64,000 nt of DNA from Macrostomum lignano (GCA_002269645.1 NIVC01001165.1:158261-222260); one strand, 5' to 3'. Shown: positions 43,472 through 55,080, counted from the first letter of the stretch. Notes: generated by a model from the sequence alone, not told the origin. Program-made: numbers and translations.

Positions 43472-44394
43472 ACGACATGAACCTCCCTTCCCCCTTGGCT
43501 ATCCAAGCGCCGTACACCGGACCCTTCTTCAGTAGTGGTACACCGGGACCCCAAACCGATCTGGCGGACGCCGCAGACGTCTTGGTCGCCCTGCTTCCTC
43601 CTGTGCCGTCCTCACTTCCTGCTCGGGTACGTTGGCGTCGTTCGGCTCTGCCTCATCCTCTTCGTCCTGCTCCTCGTCGTACCGCGCCTCATCTTCTTCT
43701 TCTTCTTCTTCTGTCCTTTTATCGCCGGGGGGGGGCGTGGACACGGGCACGTTTATTGAGAGGTGCAGGTACGTCTGTGTCTGGCCATGTTGGTCTTGGC
43801 CAGGAGTCTGCCGCAGCTGGGGCACGGTGCTCTCGTGCTGCGGTAGATCCTCGCGCCCAGTTCTTCCACTCTCGCCGGTTGCTCTGGCAGGTGGGCCTGG
43901 ACTCTCGTTGGTCCGCAGGTTTTGCGGTGCCGCGCGAAATTCGACTTGCTCCGCCAGCTCCCGCATTGGGCGCACAGGACGAGGCCTCCAGCTTGCTTTT
44001 CTCCCTGGCATCGTTTCTGGTGGTTTTTCCTGGTTGCTTCTGAGGTGAACGTGGTCAAGCAAATTGGGCATGGTAGCTGCACTCTTTCGAAGATGTGGTG
44101 CATGCGCCTCTGGTGGATCGCCAGTCCTCCTCTTGACGCGCAGGTCTTAGTACACCCCTCGTAGCGGCAGCTACGACATGAACCTCCCTTCCCCCTTGGC
44201 TATCCAAGCGCCGTACACCGGACCCTTCTTCAGTAGTGGTACACCGGGACCCCAAACCGATCTGGCGGACGCCGCAGACGTCTTGGTCGCCCTGCTTCCT
44301 CCTGTGCCGTCCTCACTTCCTGCTCGGGTACGTTGGCGTCGTTCGGCTCTGCCTCATCCTCTTCGTCCTGCTCCTCGTCGTACCGCGCCTCATC
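43472..44394. repeat. 222-bp direct repeat pair (43472-43693 and 44173-44394) duplicating the pol C-terminal tail, stop codon and downstream leader
   Basis: Both copies encode DEARYDEEQ...RRPPDRFGVPVYHY* followed by the same ~60 nt; identical by eye. Confidence 0.95.
43753..44172 (-). CDS. Accessory ORF of element A: one C2H2 and three C2HC zinc fingers
   Basis: CRYEGC..x12..HQRRMH upstream of the annotated Met, then CPIC...HQKRC, CAQC...HRKTC and CPSC...HRRTC. AATAAA overlaps the stop. Confidence 0.75.
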   Translation of the reverse strand, partial: SCRYEGCTKTCASRGGLAIHQRRMHHIFERVQLPCPICLTTFTSEATRKNHQKRCQGEKQAGGLVLCAQCGSWRSKSNFARHRKTCGPTRVQAHLPEQPARVEELGARIYRSTRAPCPSCGRLLAKTNMARHRRTCTSQ

Positions 44395-44920
44395 GTCGTG
44401 CTCTTCTTCGTCATCGTCTGCTTCTCGACGCTCAGGTCCGGGCTCACAGTCTTCGGCCAGCTTTCGGGTGTCCGGTGGAGCGTGATCTCTTGGATCTTGA
44501 AACCGCAGCTGAAGATCTTCAAACTCTTCATCTTCCTGCTCGGATTCCTGGTCCTGCGGCCCTCGCGCTGCGGTCCACCTCTGGGTCTCGCCCCGTTGCA
44601 CTCTCTGCCTTCGGCTTCGTCCAGCAGCGGAATTACCACGTCGCGGCCTGGTTTTTCCCGAACTGGCCCTCCCAATTTCCTCTCCTGTCTCTTGACCGTC
44701 TGCCGCCTCCGTCTGAACCTGAACCGGCCGGAGATTGTTGAAGTGCACCACCTTGGTCTTCTGCGGCTGTGGGATCCTGCACTCGGTACAACGCATCTGA
44801 CAGCTTCTCCAGGACCTTCACTGGGCCGCGCCAGTTGATATGGAACTTGCTTTTCTCTCCCATCTCCAAGCACGGATAGTACAGCAAGACAGAGTCGCCC
44901 TTCTGAATCGCTTTGCCCTT

Positions 44921-47900
44921 TGTTAGATGTATTAATTTGATATAGACTTTTATCTATGGCATGACCGCCACTAGCATTACAGTACAACTTGAATGAGCGG
45001 TGCCTCGTTCTAAGGCCACAATAAATAAAAGTGATGGTGAGAGCTGCTCAACTGGAGCACTTAAGAAATTACCGAGTTAGCTATAGGCTACATCAAAATT
45101 GGTGTTATAGTGTCTGTGCCTTCAGAATCAACACTGGTGACGAGGATGGCGATGATTCCAATCGAACCCCTGGAGACAGACGTGCCTGCCGAGGTCAGCA
45201 GATGGCTACAGCGATTTGAGGCTATAGCCAAAGTTAACAAGTGGAACGACGACGTGCTGAAGTACGCGCTTATAGCACAACTGGGGAAGAAGGCGTTCAA
45301 CCTTTTGGCTGACGCTGTACTGCCAGCAAAACCAGAGGAAAAGACCTTCGATCAGCTGAAGACGCTACTAACAAACGAAACGAAAGCATCAAAGTCGGGA
45401 CTGGCCTATAGATACGCTTTCCACCACATGAAGCAGGAAAGCGGAGAAGACACGTCGGCCTATGCTAGGAGACTTCGACAAGCCGCGGACAACTGTGAAT
45501 TCACGGACCTAAACGACAGGTTGCGCGACCAGTTTGTGTTTGGTCTGTCTAACAAAGACATTGTGAGGAAACTGCTAACTGAAAAACTCGCAGACCTCAC
45601 CTGGGAGAGGGTGACGTCCGTGGCAAGCGCATGCGAAGCCGTAGCGCGAGACGAAAAACAGATGAGCAGCAGCGAAATCTTATCGGTCAAGAGGACGGAT
45701 CGACCGCGTTTGCCAGAGACTCGACAGAACGATCGCAAAGCGTGGCAGCCAACCGGGTACGGCAAGTGGAATCAACAAAGCCATCGCGACCAAACAAAAT
45801 TTTTCTGCTGTGGCAAGGATGGACACCGCAAGGACGTCTGCCAGCACCGTTCTAAGACCTGCCTGAATTGCGGAAAGACTGGCCACCTGAAAGCTGTGTG
45901 TAAGTCTAATCCATCAAGACCTGCTCAAGGGTCAAGACAGACTGTCAAGGTGAGAGCGATCGAACCGCAGAAAGATTCTTCAGGACCTGTAGGAGCACAG
46001 GACAGCATCTTCTCCGTAAATGGCAGCTGTGAGGAGCCCAGCAGGCGCAGGATAACAAGGCTTCTGCTGGTTAATGGGGCCAATCTTCATATGATTATGG
46101 ACACGGGATCCGTCTCATCATTTGTATCGCTAAAGGTGTATCAAGGCCTTCCGTTGAAATCCAATTTAAGACCGACAGCCCGACGATTTACAGCATACCA
46201 AGGAGATCCGGTGCGTGTTTTAGGAGAAGTTACTGTCAGAGTAGAGCGTGGCGGCGCAGTAGCAAACCTGCCATTGTTTGTCGTTGACCACAGAGATGTG
46301 GAGCCCATATATGGTTTGGACTGGATTGCAGAGCTGGAGCCGGAGCTTTATGTCGCCATAACCCAAGGTGGTAATGCTGACACTACTGAAGAACGGCAAT
46401 CAAGTCGCATGTCTCCAGTCGACACCGTGAAGGTGTCACTATCGATCAGGCCAGGCGCAAAACCTGTTTTCTGCAAGCCAAGACCGATTCCCTATGGTAT
46501 TCAAGAAGACGTAAAGAACGAGCTCCGAAGAATGGAATCTGAAGGACAGTTAGAGAAAGTGCAATCAAGCGAATGGGCCACGCCTATAGTGTGTGTCAGA
46601 AAGCAATCTGGTAGTATCAGGATTTGTGGCGACTATAAGATAACACTGAACCCAGTCTTGGAAGACATGGTGTCGACGACGCCATCAATTGATGAAGTGA
46701 TGTCCAGATTGGGTCGAGCCCGGAAATTCTCCACGCTAGATCTCACAAACGCATACTTGCAGGTATCAGTCGACGCCGAGACAAGTCAGATGCAAACTTG
46801 GAGCACACCCTTCGGCCTGTTTCGTCCAACCGCACTGGCTTTTGGAGTAAAACAAGCACCCGCTATCTTCCAGTCACATTTGGATAAACTCCTGCTAAAC
46901 CTCGACGGCGTGATATCCTACCAGGACGATATCCTCATCTGGGGCCAAGGTCAGACTGATCATGACAAAAGGCTCAACACTGTAATGAAGATCCTGGAAA
47001 ACAATGGACTTCGCATTAATGCTGACAAGTCTGTATTAAACAAGTCGTCAATACGATTTTTGGGCTACGAGATCAGTGCTGATGGAATTCGCCCTCTAAA
47101 GGAGAAAGTGGAAGCCATTGCCGGATTAAAAGAGCCAAGCGACCTCAAACAACTACAGGCGTTCTTGGGAATGGTCGATTTCTATGGACGATGCATTCCT
47201 AACTTGGCTACGTTGAAAGAGTCATTGACCAATCTAACCAGGTCAGGTGTGCGATGGACCTGGGGAAGGCAAGAACAGAAGGCCTTTAACACAATCAAGG
47301 AAAGATTGCTAAACGCCGGACTTCTAAAGTCATTCGATCCAGCTGACAATATTATACTTACGACTGATGCATCACCGGTGGGACTGGGAGCCGTGTTGGA
47401 GCAGTCGTCTGGTCCTGTTCTATTTATCTCCAAGACGTTGACACAGGCTGAGAGAAATTATGCACAGATCGAAAGAGAGGCGCTAGCCATAGTCTGGGCG
47501 GTTAAACGCCTCCACAAATATCTGCTAGGACGCAAGTTCGTGCTCAGGACGGACCATCACCCACTGAAATTTTTGTTCAACCCTGGAAAGGCCTTGTCTA
47601 CGGTTGCTGCTGCTAGGCTACAGCGATGGGCAATCACACTCATGGAGTATGATTACGTCATCGAGTGTAAGCGTTCCGAGGAGATCCCTGTCGCCGATGC
47701 CCTATCTCGATTGAATAATAGTGCCGCGGAGAGCGAGCAATTCGACGTCAACTCGATTCAGGACAGTCTACTCGATATACCAGTTGACAAGCAGCGGCTT
47801 AGGCGCACTTCAATGCTTGATCAGGAGATGCGACGGCTGTTTGCGCTCGTCAAGCATGGCTGGACAGCCCAAGGAATCAAGGAGCTACCAACATACGCTC

Positions 47901-49226
47901 GAACTCGTGACGAACTGGTGATCGAGAACGGTCTTCTTTACAGAGGAATACGCCTGCTGATCCCGCAGGAGGAGCGACAAAGAGTTCTTCAACTATTGCA
48001 CGACGGCCACATAGGCGCGGACAAGATGAAATCCATCGCCAGACAATGCGTATGGTGGCCAGGAATAGACGCTGATGTCACTAGGCATACCAAGCAATGC
48101 GTCGCTTGCCAGACAAATAAAGACCATGGAGCATCAATCCAATGGGCATCTTGGCCAGAGGAAAGCGAAAAGTGGTGCCGTGTGCACGCAGACTACGCTG
48201 GACCGTTTAAGGGCAACAAGTACCTGCTCGTAATAGTCGATGCCTACAGCAAATGGGCAGAAGTACATGTTACGCAGTCAACCACATCGGCAGAGACTAT
48301 CCGACGTTTCCGAAGAACGTTCTCGCAAGAAGGTGTTCCCGCAACATTGGTTACTGACAATGGTCCACAATTCACTTCAGTGGAGATGGAGGGCTGGCTC
48401 AAAGGAAACGGATGCAGACACGTGCTCACGCCTCCGTACCACCCACGATCAAACGGCCTTGCCGAAAGGTTTGTGAGAGACCTGAAGAACCATGTGGCGG
48501 CATCAGGAGGCGAAGACGATCTACAAACCAGTGTCGACCGCTTTCTTCTACAGTACAGGAACTCCCGTCACTCCACGACAGGAAGGGCACCTGCAGAGTT
48601 AATGCGAGGACATCTGCTTCGGACGGCAACGTTGACCTTGGCCAAAGAACCGGTGTGGGTAAAGACCTACAGGAACGAAACCGAGAAATGGAAGCCCGGT
48701 GAAATCGTTGCTAGAGAAGGTAAGAAAATTGTGGGCGTACAATTGGAAGACGGAAAACACAGCCGATATCATCTGGAGCAGACAAAACCAAGGATTCCCG
48801 TTGAAACTAGCGAGCCTCAGGAGAGGTCACAGCAAGGTGTTGCTGACCAGAACACAAGTAACCCGACGGAAGAGCCTGGACAACCTGAAAGAGGTCATCG
48901 CTGCCAGCGCACGCGGAAGGCACCCGACAGATTGAACTACTCAACTTTAGGAAGCCCGGATTGCGCGTGAACTGGAGTGAACTCGGACAGTTGCAGAAAC
49001 TATCGGGAAGGAGTGTTAGATGTATTAATTTGATATAGACTTTTATCTATGGCATGACCGCCACTAGCATTACAGTACAACTTGAATGAGCGGTGCCTCG
49101 TTCTAAGGCCACAATAAATAAAAGTGATGGTGAGAGCTGCTCAACTGGAGCACTTAAGAAATTACCGAGTTAGCTATAGGCTACATCAAAATTGGTGTTA
49201 TAGTGTCTGTGCCTTCAGAATCAACA
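44921..49226 (+). mobile_element. Nested full-length Ty3/Gypsy (Mag-like) element 'B', apparently intact
   Basis: 213-bp LTRs (44921-45133, 49014-49226) identical by eye, 5-bp TSD CCCTT, PBS TGGTGACGAGGATGG (tRNA-Ser-like), PPT GGGAAGGAG. Confidence 0.96.
45146..48970 (+). CDS. Element B single gag-pol ORF, 1274 aa
   Basis: Two CCHC knuckles, IMDTGS, RT YQDD, RNase H TTDAS, integrase HDGH..C..C, DYAGP and TDNGPQF. Confidence 0.95.
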   Translation: MAMIPIEPLETDVPAEVSRWLQRFEAIAKVNKWNDDVLKYALIAQLGKKAFNLLADAVLPAKPEEKTFDQLKTLLTNETKASKSGLAYRYAFHHMKQESGEDTSAYARRLRQAADNCEFTDLNDRLRDQFVFGLSNKDIVRKLLTEKLADLTWERVTSVASACEAVARDEKQMSSSEILSVKRTDRPRLPETRQNDRKAWQPTGYGKWNQQSHRDQTKFFCCGKDGHRKDVCQHRSKTCLNCGKTGHLKAVCKSNPSRPAQGSRQTVKVRAIEPQKDSSGPVGAQDSIFSVNGSCEEPSRRRITRLLLVNGANLHMIMDTGSVSSFVSLKVYQGLPLKSNLRPTARRFTAYQGDPVRVLGEVTVRVERGGAVANLPLFVVDHRDVEPIYGLDWIAELEPELYVAITQGGNADTTEERQSSRMSPVDTVKVSLSIRPGAKPVFCKPRPIPYGIQEDVKNELRRMESEGQLEKVQSSEWATPIVCVRKQSGSIRICGDYKITLNPVLEDMVSTTPSIDEVMSRLGRARKFSTLDLTNAYLQVSVDAETSQMQTWSTPFGLFRPTALAFGVKQAPAIFQSHLDKLLLNLDGVISYQDDILIWGQGQTDHDKRLNTVMKILENNGLRINADKSVLNKSSIRFLGYEISADGIRPLKEKVEAIAGLKEPSDLKQLQAFLGMVDFYGRCIPNLATLKESLTNLTRSGVRWTWGRQEQKAFNTIKERLLNAGLLKSFDPADNIILTTDASPVGLGAVLEQSSGPVLFISKTLTQAERNYAQIEREALAIVWAVKRLHKYLLGRKFVLRTDHHPLKFLFNPGKALSTVAAARLQRWAITLMEYDYVIECKRSEEIPVADALSRLNNSAAESEQFDVNSIQDSLLDIPVDKQRLRRTSMLDQEMRRLFALVKHGWTAQGIKELPTYARTRDELVIENGLLYRGIRLLIPQEERQRVLQLLHDGHIGADKMKSIARQCVWWPGIDADVTRHTKQCVACQTNKDHGASIQWASWPEESEKWCRVHADYAGPFKGNKYLLVIVDAYSKWAEVHVTQSTTSAETIRRFRRTFSQEGVPATLVTDNGPQFTSVEMEGWLKGNGCRHVLTPPYHPRSNGLAERFVRDLKNHVAASGGEDDLQTSVDRFLLQYRNSRHSTTGRAPAELMRGHLLRTATLTLAKEPVWVKTYRNETEKWKPGEIVAREGKKIVGVQLEDGKHSRYHLEQTKPRIPVETSEPQERSQQGVADQNTSNPTEEPGQPERGHRCQRTRKAPDRLNYSTLGSPDCA

Positions 49227-49799
49227 CCCTTCACTTTCCGATCGTAATTCATTTTCTGCCGTCGCTGAACCGTCTCGCGTCCTTCTCGAATGCGTTCATG
49301 GGCATGAAGCAGGTTCTGCTGGATCTCTTGCACAAACAAGGGATAGCTGTCCGTCTTTCGCCTAAGGTCCTCTGGTTCGAATCCCAGCGGCATCTCCTGA
49401 CCATGCAGCATGTAGTAGGGCGTGTAACCGGTGGACGCCTGGACCGTCGATCGATAAGCCATCAAGGCACTTGGCAGGTACTCCTCCCAGGCGTTCTGAC
49501 CCTTCTGTACCAGATACGTGCGCAAACTGTTCTTCAGGAACCCGTTAAATCGTTCCACCTGTCCGTTGCCACTCGGGTGGTAGGCGCTCGTCCTGGTCTT
49601 CTTCACACCCAACAGCTCGCACAGCTTCCTGACGATCCCCGACTCAAAGTTCCTTCCTTGGTCTGAGTGAAGTACCCGGGGGCACCCGTGATTGGCAATC
49701 CAGCGTTCGAATAGCACCCTTGCGATCGTTGCCGCCTTCTGGTTCCGGATGGCATAAGCGTCAGGCCACTTTGAGAACGCATCTTGCACCGTGAGGATG

Positions 49800-50453
49800 T
49801 GAAGTGATACATTTTGACTCAAGAAAGTTCCCATCCAGATTGAATGTATTTTAACCAATGAATGCGCTCCAAATAGCAAAAGCTGAGGACACGACCCCAA
49901 CCTCAACCAATGAAAAACAGTTATGTACCATCCAATGCGATCAAGACTGAAAAGTACTATAAAAGCTCATGTTAACCAAGCAAGAAGCTCGCCCTTTTTT
50001 CGCTCTGCCGCTCCCCGCCTTTTCTCTCCTTCGCCCTTCTCCCAGCCTACCTCCTTTTGACTAATTTTGATTAACACAATTAGGGTCTCAACCCAAACGC
50101 TAAAACTGATAAATTGACTCACTAAAGCTAAACCAACACCCAATCCACGTTCTACAATAGACTGAACCTTCGGTTCACCCGAACAATTAGAAACACCTTG
50201 TGACTTAAATCGAACGAGCTTCTTATTTGGAATTCCACCTTAGACATTATATTTTGTGAGAAAACATCTCGAGATTGTGACCATCAAATACAACGGTCTG
50301 TAAGTTACCATCAAGTGTTTGCATCATCAGGAAAAGTCAGTTGAATCCGCCGCCTCAGTTATTCGGCTCTCACATTGATATTTGAAGTAAAACAAGAGCC
50401 ATAGAAGTGAGAGACCAGAAGAAGAACAATAAAATATATTTTAAAATATTTCA
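49800..50453 (+). mobile_element. Solo LTR of a third family, inserted in the element A integrase
   Basis: TG...CA ends and a 4-bp TSD GATG (49796-49799, 50454-50457). Removing it restores GNFYILTVQDAFSKW. Contains TATAAAA and AATAAA. Confidence 0.88.
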
Positions 50454-53169
50454 GATGTAGAAGTTTCCTTTCTTGCTCCGTGGCAGCGGCCCGATGACGT
50501 CCGTCATCACGATATCGAATGGGCTTGAACTCGGAATCGGCTCCATCGGTGCAATTGGTTTCTTGCCAGCTTTGGCCTTGGTGCAGTCCAAACAGGCTTT
50601 TACGTGCTCTTCGACCTCGCGGCCAAGTCCCGGCCTCCAAAACGATTGCCGCACCTTCTCCTTGGTCTTGAAAATCCCAACGTGCCCTCCACTCCGTCCA
50701 CCATGAGCTTCTTCCAGCACCGCTCTCAGCATATTCCGTGGCAACACCACTTGCGGCTGACGTCTACTGGCCGTATGACACAGCAACACCTCACTGTCCG
50801 ACACCTCAAGGTCACGACGTCTTTCGACAATCCTCCTTGCCGTCGGGGATATGCGCCGCAAATGCTCTTCGGTTATCTCTCCGTCGCCGTGAGCCAGCAG
50901 CTCCATCGCCTGACGAATGTCGCTGTCCATCTTCTGGCTCTCTCTGATCTCCTCCGAGGTCCACCTCTGCAATCCCAACGCGTTCACGCCGATCTGCTCT
51001 TGTGCACATCCAGGACAACTCTCGCTTCCTTGATGGCGCCGACGTGGCTTCCTGGAGAGAGCGTCCGCGTGTTGATGTTTCACTCCCGGACGATGTTCGA
51101 TGCGATACCTGTACGGAGCCAAGAGTTCCAGCCATCTGGCCAGTTGTCCTTCTACGCTCGTACCTTCTCACTCCCATCTTTCTGCACCTGCGAAAGCACA
51201 GCGCCAATTCCTTCTTTTGTGCTACCGTCTGTGTCTAAAACGAATTCTCCAGCGTCCTCCGCAAAGTTTGGAAACGCCATGACCTCAGATCCCTGCAACC
51301 TTTCCTTCAGGGCCTCGAATGCGGCTTGATACTCCTCATCCCAGCTCCACGGGCAATCATGTCGGGTCCGTCGCAGCATCGGCTCAGCAATGCGGGAAAA
51401 ATCTGCGATGAATTGCCGGTAATACCCGCACAGTCCCAGGAATGACCTTACTTCCTTCACATTCCTCGGAGTTGGCCAGTCACGAATTTCGGCAATCTTT
51501 TCTGGACTCGTGGCGATCCCATCAGCTGACACTACGTGTCCCAGGAAGGTCACTGACTTCAGCAGGAATGCGCACTTCTTCGGCTTCAGTTTGATGTTCG
51601 CTGCTCGCAACCGTCGAAAAACCGTTTGCAACCGTTCCAGGTGCTCTTCCACCGTTCGTGACCACACTAGCAGGTCGTCCAGATACACCAAACACGTCTT
51701 CCAGCACAACTTCCCCAACACCACATTCATTAGCCGGCTGAATGAAGCCGGTGCATTTGTCAATCCAAATGGCATAACGTTCCAGGCGTACTGCTGTACC
51801 CGGTGTGAAACGCCAAAGGCCGTCTTCAGTCTGTCGCTGGGTTCCACCGCCATCTGCCAGTATCCCGACTGCATGACCATGGTCGAAAAAATCTTGGCAC
51901 CGCCTAGGCTCTCCAACAGGTCATCTGTCCTGGGCAACGGCACTGCATCCTTCTTGGTCACTTCATTCAGTTTCCGGTAGTCGCAACAGAACCTCAGGGA
52001 ACCGTCCTTCTTTTTCACGCACACCACCGGAGAGCACCATGGGGACTGGACCTCGCTGATTCTCCCAGCTTCCAGCAAGTCATCCAACTCCTTGTCCACT
52101 TCCTGCCGCAGGTACGGGGGAATCCGCCTCGCCGCTTCTTTCACAGGCCTGGCATCTCCAGTGTCGATCTCGTGCTTCATCACCGTCGTACAGCCGAGAT
52201 CCTTGGAGTCCTTAGCAAAGACAGCCCGATGTTGGGAAATCAGCTCCCTGAAGTCGGCTTCCTCCTCCTCCGACAGGCCACACGAACCCCACTCGCGGAA
52301 TTCTTCGATTGGGTCCCATGCCTCCGCTTCATTCTTGGCCTCTACGTCGTCGTCCAAGCGCACCACGTTGATACCTCCGTTCGGTTCCAAATGAATAAAC
52401 CAGCCAATTGTCTCTCCTTTCTTGACCCTCTTCCTACAACTGGACGTATTCAGCAATCTCATCGGCAGCCGTCCATCCACGCCGGGCGCTACCAGGGCTC
52501 GAGCCAGCGCCAAATCTCTCTCAGCGGCCTTCACCGGCTTTTCTTCCGTTTTGCCGACCGATCCGCAGTTTTTTGCGCCCTTTTTCTCTACCCTGGCTGG
52601 CATGACCACTTCTTGCGCCGGTTCCAGAAATACCGTTGTCTCGGCTTTGATTCGACACACCACGGGCAGCTCACCTTTCTGCCGTATCGGAACTCTAACA
52701 TCGCCCACTCGAAAGACAAACTCCGAATAGTTGATGACGCTACGATGCTGTTTGAAAAATTCGGACCCGAGAATGACGTCATAACGCAATTCGTCCACGA
52801 CGAAGAAATTCGCTGACCACCGCTTGCCGCCAATCTCCACGTCCAGCACAATACAGCCTCTCATCCTCATCGCACCTCCATTGGCCGTTGAAAGGGAACC
52901 GTCCATTGCAGTCAGTCTCTCCCTCACCTCTTGCGGCAGCCTCAGGAAAACATCACAGCTCAGCACTGACACACTCGCACCACTGTCTAACAGCAGAGCC
53001 ACTGGCTTGCCGGAAATCGCACCGGAAATAAAAACTGTCAGAGGCTCCGTTGATACCGACGAACACGCCTCATGAACCAGGTTGCTCTTTGAATTCCCAT
53101 CACCAGAGACGCACTTGGATTTATTTACAGAGTTAGTGAGCAACCCCGGTTCCTCGCTCCTGGGAGACT

Positions 53170-54318
53170 TCACTTCCTGGCAGGGTCCCGACTCTCCCCG
53201 GTCGGTCCCCTCGGCCCGTTTCCCGACTTCGGACACTTGAAGGATAGGTGGCCTTCACCGTTGCACTTGTGACATCGTACTGGCGATTTCCCGTTTCCAC
53301 TTGTCTGGCTGGTTTTCTTGGGACACTTTGATGAGATATGACCCCACTCTCGACACGAAAAACACTGCACAGCCTTCCGACTCGCCGGGGTCGGCTCTGC
53401 CGCTTCTTCAGACCTCCGCTCCTCCATCTCTTTCATTCGCATCTCCATGGCCACCAGCTGTTTTCGAAGCATCTCGACCTCACTGCTTTCGGAAGCCTCC
53501 TTTCTGGTCTCGGTCGTAACAGCACAAACGGTTCTTTTCGATACCTGACCTGGTGGACCATGACTTGCCCGAACCGCCGCTTCCAGCTGATGCACCAGAC
53601 GCATTGCGTCCGCTAACGTCTCCGGCTGGCTCATGTACAGTCGCTCCCGCACAGGCACCCCCGCACGGACGCCTCGCATAAATCGCTCTTTCGCAAGATC
53701 ATCGCGCACATCGGCAGGCGCATCAGGAAAGGCGTTTGCGACCAACTCAATCACAGCTTCAGAGAAATCTTCTACCGACTCCTTCTCGCTCTGCTCTCTA
53801 TTGCTCAGTTCTGTGCGGTAGTCGACGACGGTACGGTGCATAGTGAACCTATCCCTCAAGGCCTGGGTAAATTCTTCGAACTGCAGGTCGTCATCAAGGT
53901 TCATGTTGTCAACAACTTGGAAGGTGCTGAAGTCTAGGTTGCTGAGCAACTGATCGCGCCGATTCTGCATCGGAATCTGCATGGCATCGCAATAAGCTAC
54001 GAAGAGCCTCAACCACTTCACGAAATTCATTCCTGGAGCATACTTCACCGGCCTCTGAATCCTGAGGGCACCCGCTTGCTGCATGTTCTGCTGAATCTGG
54101 GCAGTCAAGGCGGCGACCAGATCATTAACACCAAAGGCTCCAGCAGCACCTCCACCAGCACCTCCAGCCGCACCTCCAGCCGCACCTCCAGCCGCACCTC
54201 CAGCCGCACCTCCAGCCGCACCTCCAGCCGCACCTCCAGCAGCACCTCCAGCAGCACCTCCAGCCGCACCTCCAGCAGCACCTCCAGCAGCACCTCCAGC
54301 AGCACCTCCAGCATCCAT
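53170..54318 (-). CDS. gag of element A, 382 aa
   Basis: N-terminal (GGAA)n repeat, capsid-like region and two CCHC knuckles; overlaps pol in the -1 frame. Confidence 0.92.
   Translation of the reverse strand: MDAGGAAGGAAGGAAGGAAGGAAGGAAGGAAGGAAGGAAGGAAGGAAGGAAGGAGGGAAGAFGVNDLVAALTAQIQQNMQQAGALRIQRPVKYAPGMNFVKWLRLFVAYCDAMQIPMQNRRDQLLSNLDFSTFQVVDNMNLDDDLQFEEFTQALRDRFTMHRTVVDYRTELSNREQSEKESVEDFSEAVIELVANAFPDAPADVRDDLAKERFMRGVRAGVPVRERLYMSQPETLADAMRLVHQLEAAVRASHGPPGQVSKRTVCAVTTETRKEASESSEVEMLRKQLVAMEMRMKEMEERRSEEAAEPTPASRKAVQCFSCREWGHISSKCPKKTSQTSGNGKSPVRCHKCNGEGHLSFKCPKSGNGPRGPTGESRDPARK
53218..53224 (-). promoter_or_regulatory. Candidate -1 ribosomal frameshift slippery site G GGA AAC
   Basis: X XXY YYZ heptamer in the gag frame, inside the gag/pol overlap, followed by GC-rich sequence with a CCGAC/GTCGG stem. 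Confidence 0.75.
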
Positions 54319-54879
54319 ACCACGGCGTCACAGTTTCTAACCTTAATTTCTCACAATATTCCGCGCCTCGAGCTTTCTTCCTTGCTTAGTCTTCCACAGC
54401 GCAGGGTCCCACCAAGGATGCCAATTTGTGATGATGGGACTCAAGGGCTCGGTCCTTTCGTGCCCCTTTCCCAGACCCGGGTTCGTGTACTGACCCTGGC
54501 TGCGGTCCCGATCCACTGACACGCGTACGACGCGGTGTCCGTCGGGACTAGGCTGCTCGAGCGTACGACGCACGACAGCCTACAGACTCGCGTACGACGC
54601 AGAGCTGCTTGGGGTGGGACCGGCGTACGACGCACTTAATCCCTCTAAGGTGCCTAGTACAGATGCAGACCCAAATGACGTACAAATTGGAAGGCTTACC
54701 AGCCGCGATTTCAGTCGTACAAGAAACAGCGCCGTCAGCACAGTGGTGATCTCGATATTCTTTACTTATATATTTGTCTAGCAATTCTGCGAAGAATAGC
54801 AATTCAGCAACCAACGCTGGCACAATCGCCGAGGAGCCACGAAGATGACGAGAATGGGGTCTCAAGGGGGTCTGAATAA

Positions 54880-55080
54880 ATAGGCAGCAAACTGGGGGTC
54901 GAGGGCGCGGGATAAAGGCAGAAAAGGGGGCTTAGACATCAGCCAAGGCAACGCATGAGCTGTACCAGCCAATCGCCGGGGCGCAGCACGGCAGACTGGG
55001 ACTGGCAGCCAATCACAAACAGGGGCGGGGCAGCAAAGCTAACAAAAGAATGGGGCGGGGTCGCACGCAAAGAATGGGGG
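54880..55080 (-). promoter_or_regulatory. U3 promoter elements of the element A 5' LTR
   Basis: Two GGGGCGGGG boxes, two CCAAT boxes and a TATTTAT downstream of them on the minus strand. Confidence 0.5.

Larger units (their letters stand above)
44230..53236 (-). pseudogene. pol of element A, disrupted
   Basis: Protease LLDSGAS, RT YLDD, RNase H LDTDGS truncated by a deletion near 51160, integrase HHCC and D..D motifs split by the solo LTR and element B, and a frameshift near 44770 after the GP(Y/F)-like motif. Confidence 0.92.
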
